A stretch of DNA of 64,000 nt, taken from positions 115,179 through 179,178 of IMG/VR virus record IMGVR_UViG_3300020048_000017. The stretch is one strand, 5' to 3'. Source of the stretch: a virus. Below the pieces are notes generated by a model that searched no databases, was not told where the DNA came from, and saw only the letters and a program-made list of their open reading frames with translations. Within the stretch, counting starts at the first letter, position 1; each line of letters begins with the position of its first letter. A program made the position numbers and the translations under genes. Of the stretch, positions 1 through 11,000 are shown piece after piece.

Positions 1-97
1 TTCCAACTTGGTAGTCTACACCTACGACCTTTATTTTATCGGACAAGCCATTGATTTTGATTTGGCCAATATTTTGAATAGAACAACTTTCACTCAT
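1..97 (-). CDS. 5' end of a tail-region protein running off the window (MSESCSIQNIGQIKINGLSDKIKVVGVDYQVG...)
   Basis: ATG at 97, open frame to base 1, co-oriented with the tail operon; not in the supplied ORF track. Confidence 0.6.
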   Translation of the reverse strand, partial: MSESCSIQNIGQIKINGLSDKIKVVGVDYQVG

Positions 98-162
98 TTA
101 AAAATACATAAACAATAATTCGACACTGTGGATAGATAATAATAGATTTCTATTAATAGCAA

Positions 163-1704
163 TTAGGTTAGAGGGGGCACGAAACCAGAAACGTTAAAAT
201 AGTCACCTTCGTTTCCATAGATTAAATCTCCAGAAAAACAACCCAAAGAATTTTGCCCAAAACCCTCTTGAATAGAACTAAGTTTAGAGAATTTGGAAAG
301 AGGAGTTCTCAATCTGTTCACGAAACACATTAAGTAATCATCATAAAAACCAGTTTGTAAAAATTTTTGAGAGGTGTGGAAAACTTCAATTTCATCATCA
401 AAATGTATCTCTACAAGTTTACCAGAAGAATTAGAGAAATTATCAGTTTGCATTACAAAATCTCCTAATTTCACAGAATAATCTATACCACTAATTAATA
501 TCGATCCATTTAAAAATAAAATAGAGTTGCCATTGCTAGGAATCGGAATAGAACCCGATACGAGATCCCCAGACGCAATTTCTTGAATACTATACGAATG
601 AGACAAGGAATCTAAAACTCCTACAGCAGATAAGTTTGAACCACTTTTTATAAACAGGTTAGAAGAATAAAGGTAGTCACTTACTTTATTTTGAAGAAAA
701 CCATCATAAAAGAAAAGAGTGTCACTAAAATTTAAAGTTTCCTGACTTCTAAAGTAACCATTTACAGCGTCAAAAAATATATTTGAATTTGGCTTTATAA
801 TTGGGTTAGCTTTAAAACCTACGCAATACAAAGACTCTACACCGGAACACGAATCATATTTAATTCCAGATTTCATGAAACCCTTCATAAAGCCAAAATC
901 GATAACAGAGGGAGTTTCGACTAAGGTATAAGATGATGAAGGACTCCAACCCGAAACGTAGCCACTTTCATTGCAATGAGCAGAACCAAAAGCAAACCCA
1001 GAGTTTTCAACGAGGGTGATCGAGTAAGGATCTCTAAAAAAACCGCTCGATAAAACTTCTAGCTGCCTAGCGTTAAGAGCTGTTCTTAATAAAACAGCCT
1101 CATCAATATATCCACTAAAGGGTTCTAGCCCCGACACCAGAGAATTTCCTATGTTTAAATTTTCGAAATTGTTTAAATTACATGAAAAAGGGAAGGACTT
1201 ACTAGAACTTTTGAGAGATAGGGATGACGGATCGTAAGAATGACAAGTAATTACATTACCTGCTTTTGTAAATCCTAATAAATTTTTATCAGAAAGTGGG
1301 AGATCGAAAGCCTCGGAATAAAGATACCCATTAGAATCTTTAGTAGTAATTAAAACATCATTTATAGAGTTAATAGAGACTACGATACCGGAACTCTTTG
1401 AAGAGTCCATTGTCGAAAAGAGAGTTTGGGGGCTATTAGAAAGTTTCTGGGACAAAAGAAACATCGACCAGTTGTTATCCCTTAGAGAGTTATAACCAGA
1501 CACGGAAATACCGCCATCTTGAAAATACCCAGAACCACTATAGTCCCAAAAGTCGGGTAGATTATTAATTCCCCCTGATAGTGAAGAATTTCCAGAGTAA
1601 ACCGGAACAAAATGCCCCGTTTCGGCAAAATTATAATGAAAGGCTAAGTCTCCAATACTTAGCCCCAACCTTTCATAAAAGAAGCCGAATCCATCCCTTG
1701 CCAT
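163..1704 (-). CDS. Tail-tip/baseplate protein with a LamG/concanavalin-like domain
   Basis: FSGYIDEAVLLRTALNARQLEVL resembles the LamG C-terminal motif; ATG at 1704 preferred to TTG at 1746 because a late promoter motif lies between them. Confidence 0.55.
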   Translation of the reverse strand: MARDGFGFFYERLGLSIGDLAFHYNFAETGHFVPVYSGNSSLSGGINNLPDFWDYSGSGYFQDGGISVSGYNSLRDNNWSMFLLSQKLSNSPQTLFSTMDSSKSSGIVVSINSINDVLITTKDSNGYLYSEAFDLPLSDKNLLGFTKAGNVITCHSYDPSSLSLKSSSKSFPFSCNLNNFENLNIGNSLVSGLEPFSGYIDEAVLLRTALNARQLEVLSSGFFRDPYSITLVENSGFAFGSAHCNESGYVSGWSPSSSYTLVETPSVIDFGFMKGFMKSGIKYDSCSGVESLYCVGFKANPIIKPNSNIFFDAVNGYFRSQETLNFSDTLFFYDGFLQNKVSDYLYSSNLFIKSGSNLSAVGVLDSLSHSYSIQEIASGDLVSGSIPIPSNGNSILFLNGSILISGIDYSVKLGDFVMQTDNFSNSSGKLVEIHFDDEIEVFHTSQKFLQTGFYDDYLMCFVNRLRTPLSKFSKLSSIQEGFGQNSLGCFSGDLIYGNEGDYFNVSGFVPPLT

Positions 1705-1725
1705 TTCCTTAAACCTTAAAATAAG

Positions 1726-1751
1726 ATACACGGAAAAGCCAGTCAAACGAA
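1726..1751 (-). promoter_or_regulatory. Putative late promoter TTC-N17-GTGTAT
   Basis: Matches the recurrent motif upstream of structural genes. Confidence 0.55.
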
Positions 1752-1757
1752 CTCTGA

Positions 1758-3380
1758 TTAGACGTAAAGCACCCCGCTAGGAAAAACTGAATTTATTTTA
1801 GAAGTCCAAGAGTATGAGAACGAAAAGCCCCTACCCTCATCTCCTATATTCTTTTCAAAAGACTGGCTGGTTAAAACAATGTCCTGTCCAGATACAAACC
1901 TAGAAGCCACTTGCTCAACCATACATTTTGTTACCACCTCTCCGGAAGCTAGAGATTCACATTTTTTGACCAAAGAGTTTCCGTTAATGGTAAATGTCGC
2001 CCTATTTAGATAATTTAAATCATAAATAGAATAATGACCCTTGCAGATAGTCGGCCTTGCTGAATATTGAGGGATCGCCGGTTTTACGTCTATAGAATAC
2101 CCAAAAGACTGTAAAGGATGAGGAGGAATTAAAGATAAGTCTAAATTCTCAAATTCCACAGATACGGTAAGTTGGCAAGAATCCTTGTTTTGAGAAACGC
2201 CGCTAGAGATAGGAGAGATTTTTAGAAACGTTCCAGAATTGTAATATTCGTTCCTTTCAGCAGCAAGTTGGTAATAGTTAAAAGAATTTGCGGCAGCTTG
2301 AAGAGCTTCCCAGCCAGCCTCGTTATTACACTTGCAATTTCCTCTCCATCCAAAATCGACTTCTATACTCGCGGTTTTAGAGGCATTTAGTTCGTCAAGA
2401 TTCATCGAAAAAGAATCTTTGAAAAAGGGATTTGGTCTAGGGTCGTCATCAAAAGAATAAGTAAAATTTATAGAATTCTCCAGAGGGTCCTCTTCAATAT
2501 TTACAGAAAGTTCTTTTGTGTTAAGTTCTCCGTCGAAAAGTTGAGAGTAGTGACCAGAGGTAATTTCATAAAAATCTAAAGTAGACATTCTAGACCTCAG
2601 AGCCCCGAGTTCAACATTATGACCCCCAATTAAAGAACCTGCCAAACTTGCTTTAACGACACCTTCTTCTGAACCAGAGTCAAAACTAGAAGAGTATCTG
2701 AGAAGGCCCTCTCCGCTAAGAACCGGATCGTAATCCCAAGTTTCAGATATAGAACACGAAGCATTAAGCCTGTCTACCGTTTGAGAAACCGTTTTTAAAA
2801 CAGAATTGGAGACTCCCCCAGAAGAGATAAAATTCGGAGCAACTAAACCCTGAAGCCCAGAATGGGCCTGACAAAAATTGATAGCATTCTGAAGCGCATC
2901 CGTTTGGCTCGCGGAAGTGTTGAAACCTTTTGCAGAGACGTCATGCGAAATAGACACTATGTCATCACCTTGTTGACTAAAGGAAAAAACATTCTGAGGA
3001 TCTAAGACTCCGTAGAAACCACTGAAGAATCCACTAGGATAAGCTTCCAACTCTATAGAGAACGGAAGGAGGTAGGAGTAGTTAGACTCTTGAAAAGAGA
3101 TACCTTTTATAAAGGTGACTGGTTGAGAATAAATAGTCTGCCCCTCTTCCTCAATTCGTAGTTCTTGGAAATTTTTTGAAAAACCAGATAGCAACAGGGC
3201 TTGTCTATTAAGCATTTCTCCAAAATTTGGACAGCCAGTTAAGATACCTTCTAAAGAGATACTTTCAGCGGTAGCCCATCTCTTTCCATACCTGACGAAA
3301 CTCTCCTTTCTGGAAAGAAGAGGAGTGGGACATAATCCAGAAAAAATCGGAATATCTCCGTAATAAATTTCAGTTCTCAT
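1758..3380 (-). CDS. Tail-tip/hub-like structural protein, paralog of the adjacent gene
   Basis: 540 aa, Ser/Gly-rich beta character, lies after the tape measure gene, internal repeated modules. Confidence 0.55.
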   Translation of the reverse strand: MRTEIYYGDIPIFSGLCPTPLLSRKESFVRYGKRWATAESISLEGILTGCPNFGEMLNRQALLLSGFSKNFQELRIEEEGQTIYSQPVTFIKGISFQESNYSYLLPFSIELEAYPSGFFSGFYGVLDPQNVFSFSQQGDDIVSISHDVSAKGFNTSASQTDALQNAINFCQAHSGLQGLVAPNFISSGGVSNSVLKTVSQTVDRLNASCSISETWDYDPVLSGEGLLRYSSSFDSGSEEGVVKASLAGSLIGGHNVELGALRSRMSTLDFYEITSGHYSQLFDGELNTKELSVNIEEDPLENSINFTYSFDDDPRPNPFFKDSFSMNLDELNASKTASIEVDFGWRGNCKCNNEAGWEALQAAANSFNYYQLAAERNEYYNSGTFLKISPISSGVSQNKDSCQLTVSVEFENLDLSLIPPHPLQSFGYSIDVKPAIPQYSARPTICKGHYSIYDLNYLNRATFTINGNSLVKKCESLASGEVVTKCMVEQVASRFVSGQDIVLTSQSFEKNIGDEGRGFSFSYSWTSKINSVFPSGVLYV

Positions 3381-5002
3381 CCGATGGTTTTATCAAATAA
3401 CTCTTTATGTTTAACGTAATTATAAGACACTTTTAAATTAAACCTTTTATCGACAGATGAGAAACTATAAGACGCATCATTTATAAATCCACAACGACCA
3501 GATTCAGGTTTTTCGAGATAGTCATACCCAAGATCTAAAAAATCATTAAGCGATGGAGTCCCCGTGGAAAGTATATTTACACTTGTGGAAATCTCTGATA
3601 GAGACGAATTCCCACTTCTACAACCCCCCACGATCTCTTCTCCAAACCCAAGAATTTTAAACGTCTGATGAAGGGCAACCCCCTCGTTAACAGATATAGA
3701 GTGTCTCACCTCGGTAAAAGGGTCGGGCACTTTGTAAGCATTATCGCAAGAATAGTCGCGAGAGTAAGAAATTTGGCCTTCTGATTCAGAATCGTTGATA
3801 GAGAATTTAATTGGAACAAATCCCGAACAACATAATTGTCCCGCACCAGAAACGATATTCGCTATTCTAGCACCAGAGTTAGTGAGCATTGACTGGTAAC
3901 AGTTCTTTGCGTTAGTATACTTTTGGTTATCAGGATACGTTCTTTTACCAAGACCTTTAATCTCAACTTTTTCAGAAATAACAGCCGCGCTAGTTGAGGA
4001 ATTAGAGACGTTGTGAGTAATTCTGGTAATACAACCTGTGGAAATTGAATTGTCGTTACTGTAAGTAACATCGTAATCGATCATCCCAACAAACTCGTTA
4101 AATGAAACGCTTTGATTTACTGGCGAATTTATTAGCGGGCACCCGATATCATCGACAAAATTATAGTTAGATAAGACCCCACTGCACCTTGAGAATGTCC
4201 CTACTATAGAGCCGTCATAGCCGATCAAGGCGGATGTTATTTTCGGGCGAGTCGCCGCAAGTATACTACCTTTTTCAGTAACTACGGTTGAGTTATTCTC
4301 TTTAGTAAGTGAGTGTGCATATTTCCAGATGAAAGGATCTCCAGATTGAAAGGCGAACTTTTCAGAAAAGGTATATGCGAAATTTATCGTATCATAAGAC
4401 TCTGAGTAAATTCTGTTTCCAGAGCTGTAATAGGAAGGGTAGAAAACCTCCAGATCAGAGATGTTCATTCCGTTACCGAAAATAATGTCCGCTATATTTT
4501 TTGCAGTCTGGGTAGGATTAGTCTCAACACCGCTTTCCAAGGACAAGTTAAGGCTTCGAGAGTATTCGAAAGTTTGATCGGCACCTTTGTTAAAATCCCA
4601 AGATTCGGAAAAGTTTTGAAGAAAATGAATATCTTCCGCTTGGATACCGCTTACACCAGAATAATATTCACCATATACGTTGAACAAGTCCAGCTTTTCA
4701 CATACTATAAAAGAGATGGAGTATTTCTTGTCCCTTACATCCACGCCTTGATCGTAATCTATATTAGTTATATAGCCCGACCCAAAAAGTTGACCATTAA
4801 GAAATATAGGCTCGTAGTCTTTTAAATACGAAACTTGAGAGTTTATTTGGTTAGTGATTCCCGAAACCCCAGAGAAATTTTGATAATCAGTAAGTCGCCC
4901 TTTAACTGAGTAATTTTTCTCTTTTCTATATGACAGAACGTCACCAAGACTTACTAAGTTTTGGTCAAAGGATAGAAGTTCTGCACATTCTATGGAGATC
5001 AT
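3377..5002 (-). CDS. Distal tail/hub-like structural protein
   Basis: 541 aa directly after the tape measure gene with ATGA overlaps; architecture similar to 1758-3380. Confidence 0.55.
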   Translation of the reverse strand: MISIECAELLSFDQNLVSLGDVLSYRKEKNYSVKGRLTDYQNFSGVSGITNQINSQVSYLKDYEPIFLNGQLFGSGYITNIDYDQGVDVRDKKYSISFIVCEKLDLFNVYGEYYSGVSGIQAEDIHFLQNFSESWDFNKGADQTFEYSRSLNLSLESGVETNPTQTAKNIADIIFGNGMNISDLEVFYPSYYSSGNRIYSESYDTINFAYTFSEKFAFQSGDPFIWKYAHSLTKENNSTVVTEKGSILAATRPKITSALIGYDGSIVGTFSRCSGVLSNYNFVDDIGCPLINSPVNQSVSFNEFVGMIDYDVTYSNDNSISTGCITRITHNVSNSSTSAAVISEKVEIKGLGKRTYPDNQKYTNAKNCYQSMLTNSGARIANIVSGAGQLCCSGFVPIKFSINDSESEGQISYSRDYSCDNAYKVPDPFTEVRHSISVNEGVALHQTFKILGFGEEIVGGCRSGNSSLSEISTSVNILSTGTPSLNDFLDLGYDYLEKPESGRCGFINDASYSFSSVDKRFNLKVSYNYVKHKELFDKTIG

Positions 5003-8000
5003 GCCGTATTAACAACCGAAGGAGCAAGTTTGTTGTTTCTGGCGAAGTTGTCGAGACCTCTTTGAAGTTGTTCTTGAAATTTAGCAAACTCAACATTAAC
5101 AAGTTTTTCAACCTCTTGATTTTGACCACCATTGAAGGAAACATTAACCTCTAAAGGTCTTCCGCCATCAAGTCTTAAAGAAGTTTGAGAAGAACCTGAG
5201 GAAGACCCTTGTTTTAGTTTTTCTATTTCTTCTTTTAGTCTGTTTAATTCAGCAGGTGTCCCGTCCTTGTTTTCGATACGATTTTGTTTTAGGTAAATAG
5301 AATCCATTACCTCTCTAGGTAGAGCTGGTTTAACAGGACTATTAGAAGGCATAGGAATTAAACTCTGCCCTTCAGACATTCTAGAAAGGTTTTCGTCAAT
5401 TAATTTAAGATCAGCCTCTAGCTCTTTTATTCTATTTTGAGCTTGAGGCTTTCTTAAAACCTTTCTGTCAATACTAATATACGGATTTATATCCTGCTTA
5501 CCTTCACTTCTATAAAGTGCCGATTCCTCCGGATACGTTTCAGGCATATTACGCGCCCATTCATCTATCTTCTCATTGATCTCATTTTGTCTTTCAGGAA
5601 TCACAGAAGTTCTATCAACTGCCACTAAGTTCCGCTTTAGATTTTTTATTTTTGTAGACAATTTCCACGCATATTCAATGAGGGCGTTATGTTGCTCTTC
5701 AGAATACTCTATTTTTTCAGGAGCACTATTAGGGTCACTTTTAGGGTCACTTTTTTCGACCGAGGCTTTTTCGCGAGCACTTTTTTGAGCGTTAATTTCC
5801 CCCAACTGCCCATCCAGATCATTAATTCTATTTAAAGTATTGGCGACTTTATCACCCTCCATTCCAAAGTTTTCTTTAACAACTCCAGCTCCAGAAAATG
5901 TATCAAAAGCAACAGGGTTTTTAACCGGATCGTTAAGCAAAGCATTTCTTTTCATAACTTGTTGGGCCGCCGCTTTTCCCAATTGAGTATCAGATGTTCC
6001 TCCAGCTCTTTTTTGAGCAGCTTCGTCGGCAGTATCTTGAATAATTCTACTCTTGCGTTCTCGCTCTTCTTTGGTGGCGTTTGCGTTAGCTATAATTTTA
6101 TTATAAGCTTCCTTACGTTTATCCTCTGGGGTCTTATATTGATCAAGAGGATTTGGAACAGCAGGAGTAGGAATTGTAGGAGCAGGAACCGCAGGAGCAG
6201 GAACCGCAGGAGTAGGAGCAGGAGCAGGAACCGCAGGAGCAGGAGTAGGAGCAGGAACCGCAGGAGTAGGAGCAGGAATTGTAGGGGCAGGAGCGGGAAT
6301 TGTAGGGGCAGGAGTAGGAATTGTAGGAGTGGGAATTGTAGGGGCAGGAGTAGTTTTGTTACCACACTCGCACGCTTGTATTTCTTTTATTAAATCAGTT
6401 AAACGCTTATTAGAAATCTCTTTTAAGATTTTAATTATTTCTTTATTTTCATTAGAATTGTCATTACTAAATTTTTGAGTGATATTTATCAATCTCGATT
6501 CTTCAGAATGACCACCGACAGGAACGACCCCTCCAGCGGCAACTTTTGAAACTTTACCTAAGCTTTTTAAATTTTGAAGACCGCCGATTCTCTTCAACAT
6601 ATCTCGGTTAAAGATAGAATCCTGACCAGATCCTTGGAAATTCTCAACTAAGAATTCGTCCGTATTTGCAGTGACTCCATTTTTTAACAACACCGGAGAA
6701 GCTGAGGGCCTAGCTCCTCCTACACCACTATTTATAAAGGATTTTTCTAATACTTTCGGCAACATTCCTCCAGCCGAAACTTTCGAGACGCTACCCATAT
6801 TTTGAAGGTTTTTAAATCCGCCAATATTACGAACCATTTCTCTATTAAAGATGGCGTCTTTTTTCGACCCTCTAAAATTCCTAACCAGATATTCGTCAGT
6901 GTTAGCAACGATGCTTTCTTTTCCGCTTCCGGTGTTAACTCCATTCAGTAAAACTGGTTTGGCGGAAGACCTAGCCCCACCAACTCCTTTAGAGATTAAA
7001 GAGCTTTCCAAATCCATTGGAAGAAATCCAGATGCAAGAGACGGCGTGGCGGGGACTTGTAGTTGGGTCCGTAATGTTCTTGTTTTTTCTATTTCCCTTT
7101 CTAAAACTTTTTCAAGTGATTCAATTTCTTTCTCTAATTCTTTAATTCTTTCTGGAGAGGCTTTAGGAGCCTTTTCAATCTTCGTATTAACACCGTAACC
7201 AGTTGCTATAGATGTAGTTTCGTCACGTTCTGCTTTCGCAGCTTCGATTCTGGAAGTTAAGTTTCTTTGACTTATAATAGAATTCGACACTTTTTCTTGA
7301 ACATTTTTTATCTTGACTTCTTCAAGAGCTTTTCTTCTTCCGCTGACCGAATTTTCAGACTCAATAAACTCATTTTGCAGGGCTCCGAATTTGTCATCGA
7401 TTGCTTGTAAGAAATCTGCGGCATCTTCTGTGTTTTGTCTTATTTGATCTTGAACATCTTTTTGCCCAGCTAGAGCAATCATTGCGTCAGCAGCTTCGCT
7501 TAAAGCGTTCTTTCCAGATTCTTTATCGATAACAGCTTCTCCGAAATCAGAAATTCCGCTTTCATCATTATCAGCCCTTACTCTAGAGATATTTTTCTCA
7601 GCTTCAGACTTTGATCCTTTTAAAAGATTGAAATCTAATACAGATTGTTTATCTTTTGATTTGGAAATTATGTCTCCTAGAGGATCTAGACTTATACTTT
7701 CGAGAGGGACTCCAGATTTTAAAGCATTTTCGATTTCCTGTGTGATTTTTTTGAAATCTTCCCTCTTAGAAACATCGCTTGGGGTTCCGCTTTTGAATTT
7801 TGAAAAATCATTTTGGAAAGAGGACCTAGCTTGTGTTGAAACTAAATTAGCTAAATCTTTAGCAGCAGTTTTTCCTTCAGGGAAAAGTTTAGATATTTGA
7901 TCTTTTGCGTCTTTACCCAGAGCTTCTTTATCTCCGCCTTTTGCAAGACCCTCTTCTAATTTTGACAAAATGGTAGTCCCCGCAGAGTCTACATCTTCTC

Positions 8001-11000
8001 TAACAAGTCCATTAGAAATCCTTTCGAGCAAATCATTAAGCCTCGCCGAGATAAGTTTTTTAGATATCTCAAAGCCCTTTTCGTTAAAAGATTGGGTAGC
8101 CTCTTTGTCTTTAGGTTTGTCACCTGATATAAATTCGTTAGCACTTAATCTGGCTTCGAAAAGCTTATTACCAGCCTCAAAAGGGTTACCCTTCGATACC
8201 GCGCCCAGCCCACCAAATAAGTTGGCAGTATTGGATTTTCTTATTCTTTCAAGGCTCGCAAATAGCTTCTCCCTTACTTTAGTAAGACTGTCTTCTAAAT
8301 CTAAACCCGTCGAAGAAACTTGTTCTATAACTTCTGCTGTGCCAATTTGTTCTTCGTTAGAGGCATCTTCAACAACGGTCATTAAACCCTTTAAGCCTAT
8401 ATCCCCATTTTTAAAATCGGAAAAAAGATCGTTAATTCCCTTAACTCTTTCTTGCAATTCCTTTTGAGAAATTCTAGCTTCGCTTCCTGACTGACCAGCC
8501 TGACTTACTAGGCTTTCTTTTAAATTAAATGTTTTAGACCTAGCTTCGTTGATAGCTTCCGCTTTAGCAACAGCAGCCTCAACAAAACTATCAGCAACAG
8601 AGTTTGCTCCAGATTCGAAATTATTGGTAGCTCTGAAAGATTTTAAAGAAAATTCTCGGTCAGCATTATTATTTAAAATTTTTGCAGAAAGGCTAACTCC
8701 TTTAGAAAAGTCTTGCAGTTTTTCTTTAGCTACAACTACAGCTTTAGCAACATCGTTTTCAGCTTCTACCCTTCTTTGGTTTATCGCTAAAGTTTTAAGA
8801 TCGAGAGCTAAAGTTTCAGCAAGAATACCTTTGCTTTGACCTAACTTTTCAGACCATTCTGCAACAGTAGTCGCGGCATTATCCAGACCAAGGCCTTTCA
8901 ATAGATCTTCAAAAGAACCCCCTTCTTGTAAGAATTTGTCTACGACAGGTTCAGCAGATATTGCGTTACTTGGACCAACCCCCCTGATTAGTTCGGAAAT
9001 GATTTCAGAAGATGCGGAGTCGTAGCCGATACCTTTTAAATTTTCGTCCTTGCCACTAAATAATCTAGAGATTTTTGTAACTCCGTCTATCCTTTGGTCG
9101 TCCAAAGTTCTGAGCAAGGCTCCGAACTCCTTTTGAGAAACTGTTTTTCTAGAAGGATCGGAAATTTCTTCGAGAGCCTTTTGGAACTCGCTAAATTGAT
9201 CTATTCCTTTGTCAGTCTCCTCTTTTGTAAACTGTCTTTCACTAATTCCAATTACTTTATTGCGAAGACCATCGTCTTTTATTTCAAATAAAGATTCTAG
9301 GGATTTAGAGGTTAACTCTTGTATAGAAGAGGAGCTGGCCCCAGATTTAATAGCATCGTTAAGTTGATTTAAAGAAGTGATATATCCACGAACAGAATTA
9401 ACCACTTCGTTAGTTGAATTTGCTTCCTCTTGAGCTTCTCTTTTTAAAGTTTCTGCCGACTTACCTACAGTAGAGTTATAGTCAACCACTCCTTTTAGGG
9501 CAATTCCCAGACCGGCAGCAGCAGCAGCGATTAAGCCGATTTGGTTAGGGAATGTAGCAAAAATTGCAGTAGCGGTAGACAGGGAGTTTGTCCAAGTTTC
9601 TATTTTTTGTTGCCCACCTTCGTCCGCCTCTTTTTTTAAAGCCTCTCCAGCTAAGGGGATTAAGAAGGACGCTCCGAAAGCTCCCATTTGACCCCTTTGT
9701 AAAGCGGCTCCGTATTTTGCAGATCTTTGAGCTTTTAGTTCTTGGGCCTTTATTTTTTCCGATCTAAGGTCATTTCTACGATTTCTTTCTGCAATTCTGG
9801 AAGAAAGCGTGTCGTTATAACCCTGAGTGCCAAAAACTGGTCTATTAGGATCTATGTTACGAGTCTGCCTTGCAGCTTGTCTTTGTAAATCCTGATTAGT
9901 TTTAAAATCCTTACGAGCTTTTTCTAACTCCTCGGCATCGAGCTTAGCATTAATAGCATCAAGTTGTGCTTTTTTAGCTCTCTTCTTTCTCAAAACATCC
10001 TCTGGGTCATCGGGGGGTTTCGGAGGAACAGGCCCTTGCATACGACCTTCGTTAATAAGATCTTGCTCGACTTGTTTTTTAATAGCTTCGTTTTGAAGTT
10101 TTAATTCAGCCTTCTTTCTAGTCTCGTCATAAGTAAGAAGTCCCGTATTTGTAGGCGCGGCGGTTCCAGCGGCAATTTTAGCCTTAGCTCTTAAAGATTC
10201 GTTTCTCTTCTTGTCCGTTTCCTCTTGGGTAAACTTCTTAAGAAGAGCAGCTTCTTCTAGTCTAGAAGACCTTTTAGCCGTAACGGCTTTCAACCTAGCT
10301 TCGTATTCAGGTGTGCCCTTAGAGGTTAACGGTAATACCCCTCCAGACCTTTTAGATCTAGCAGCTTCGAAAGCTTTCTTAGCGGCTAATATGGGTTTTT
10401 TCTCTTCTCTGGTTCGTCTGCCAAGTTCAGTAGAAACAATTTTAGACTCTTTTGAAATTCTTTCTAAAGTTTTTGCGTTAGCTTTTTCTTTTCTAGCAAG
10501 GGTTTTAACGGTAGCGTCAAAAGTTTCTTTCTGCGCTAAGAGTTTTTCTTTTTTGGCTGGCTTAAGAGCATCTGTTTTAGTAAGATTACTTAACTCCATA
10601 AAAGAGTCTTGTTCTAATTGATTAGAAATAATAGACGCTTTTTTTCTAGCAGAAGCCAAAATCTTTTGGTTTCGCTTTAACTCTTTCGCCATTAATTTAT
10701 TAGCTTCAGAGTATTCTTTTAAATTTTTAGCAAGCCCAATAGTTTCCTTTTCTACTTTAATAATACCTTTAGGGCCTCTTAATGGAACGTTTCCACCAGC
10801 TAAATTAGGGGTAAATCCACCAGCAGAAACTCTAGATACATCACCAAGGAATTTTAAATTTTTAAGCCCCCCAACGCTTCTTAACATGTCTTTATTAAAG
10901 ACTGCGTCAGCACCAGATCCGTTATAATTTTTAATTATGTATTCATCGGTATTCGCTACAATAGTTTCTTTCCCCGCACCAGTGTTAAAACCTTTCACGA

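Noticed and set aside
6150-6354. Tandem repeat as a possible CRISPR array or VNTR element
   Set aside because: Units are multiples of 3, in frame, with no unique spacers and no cas genes.
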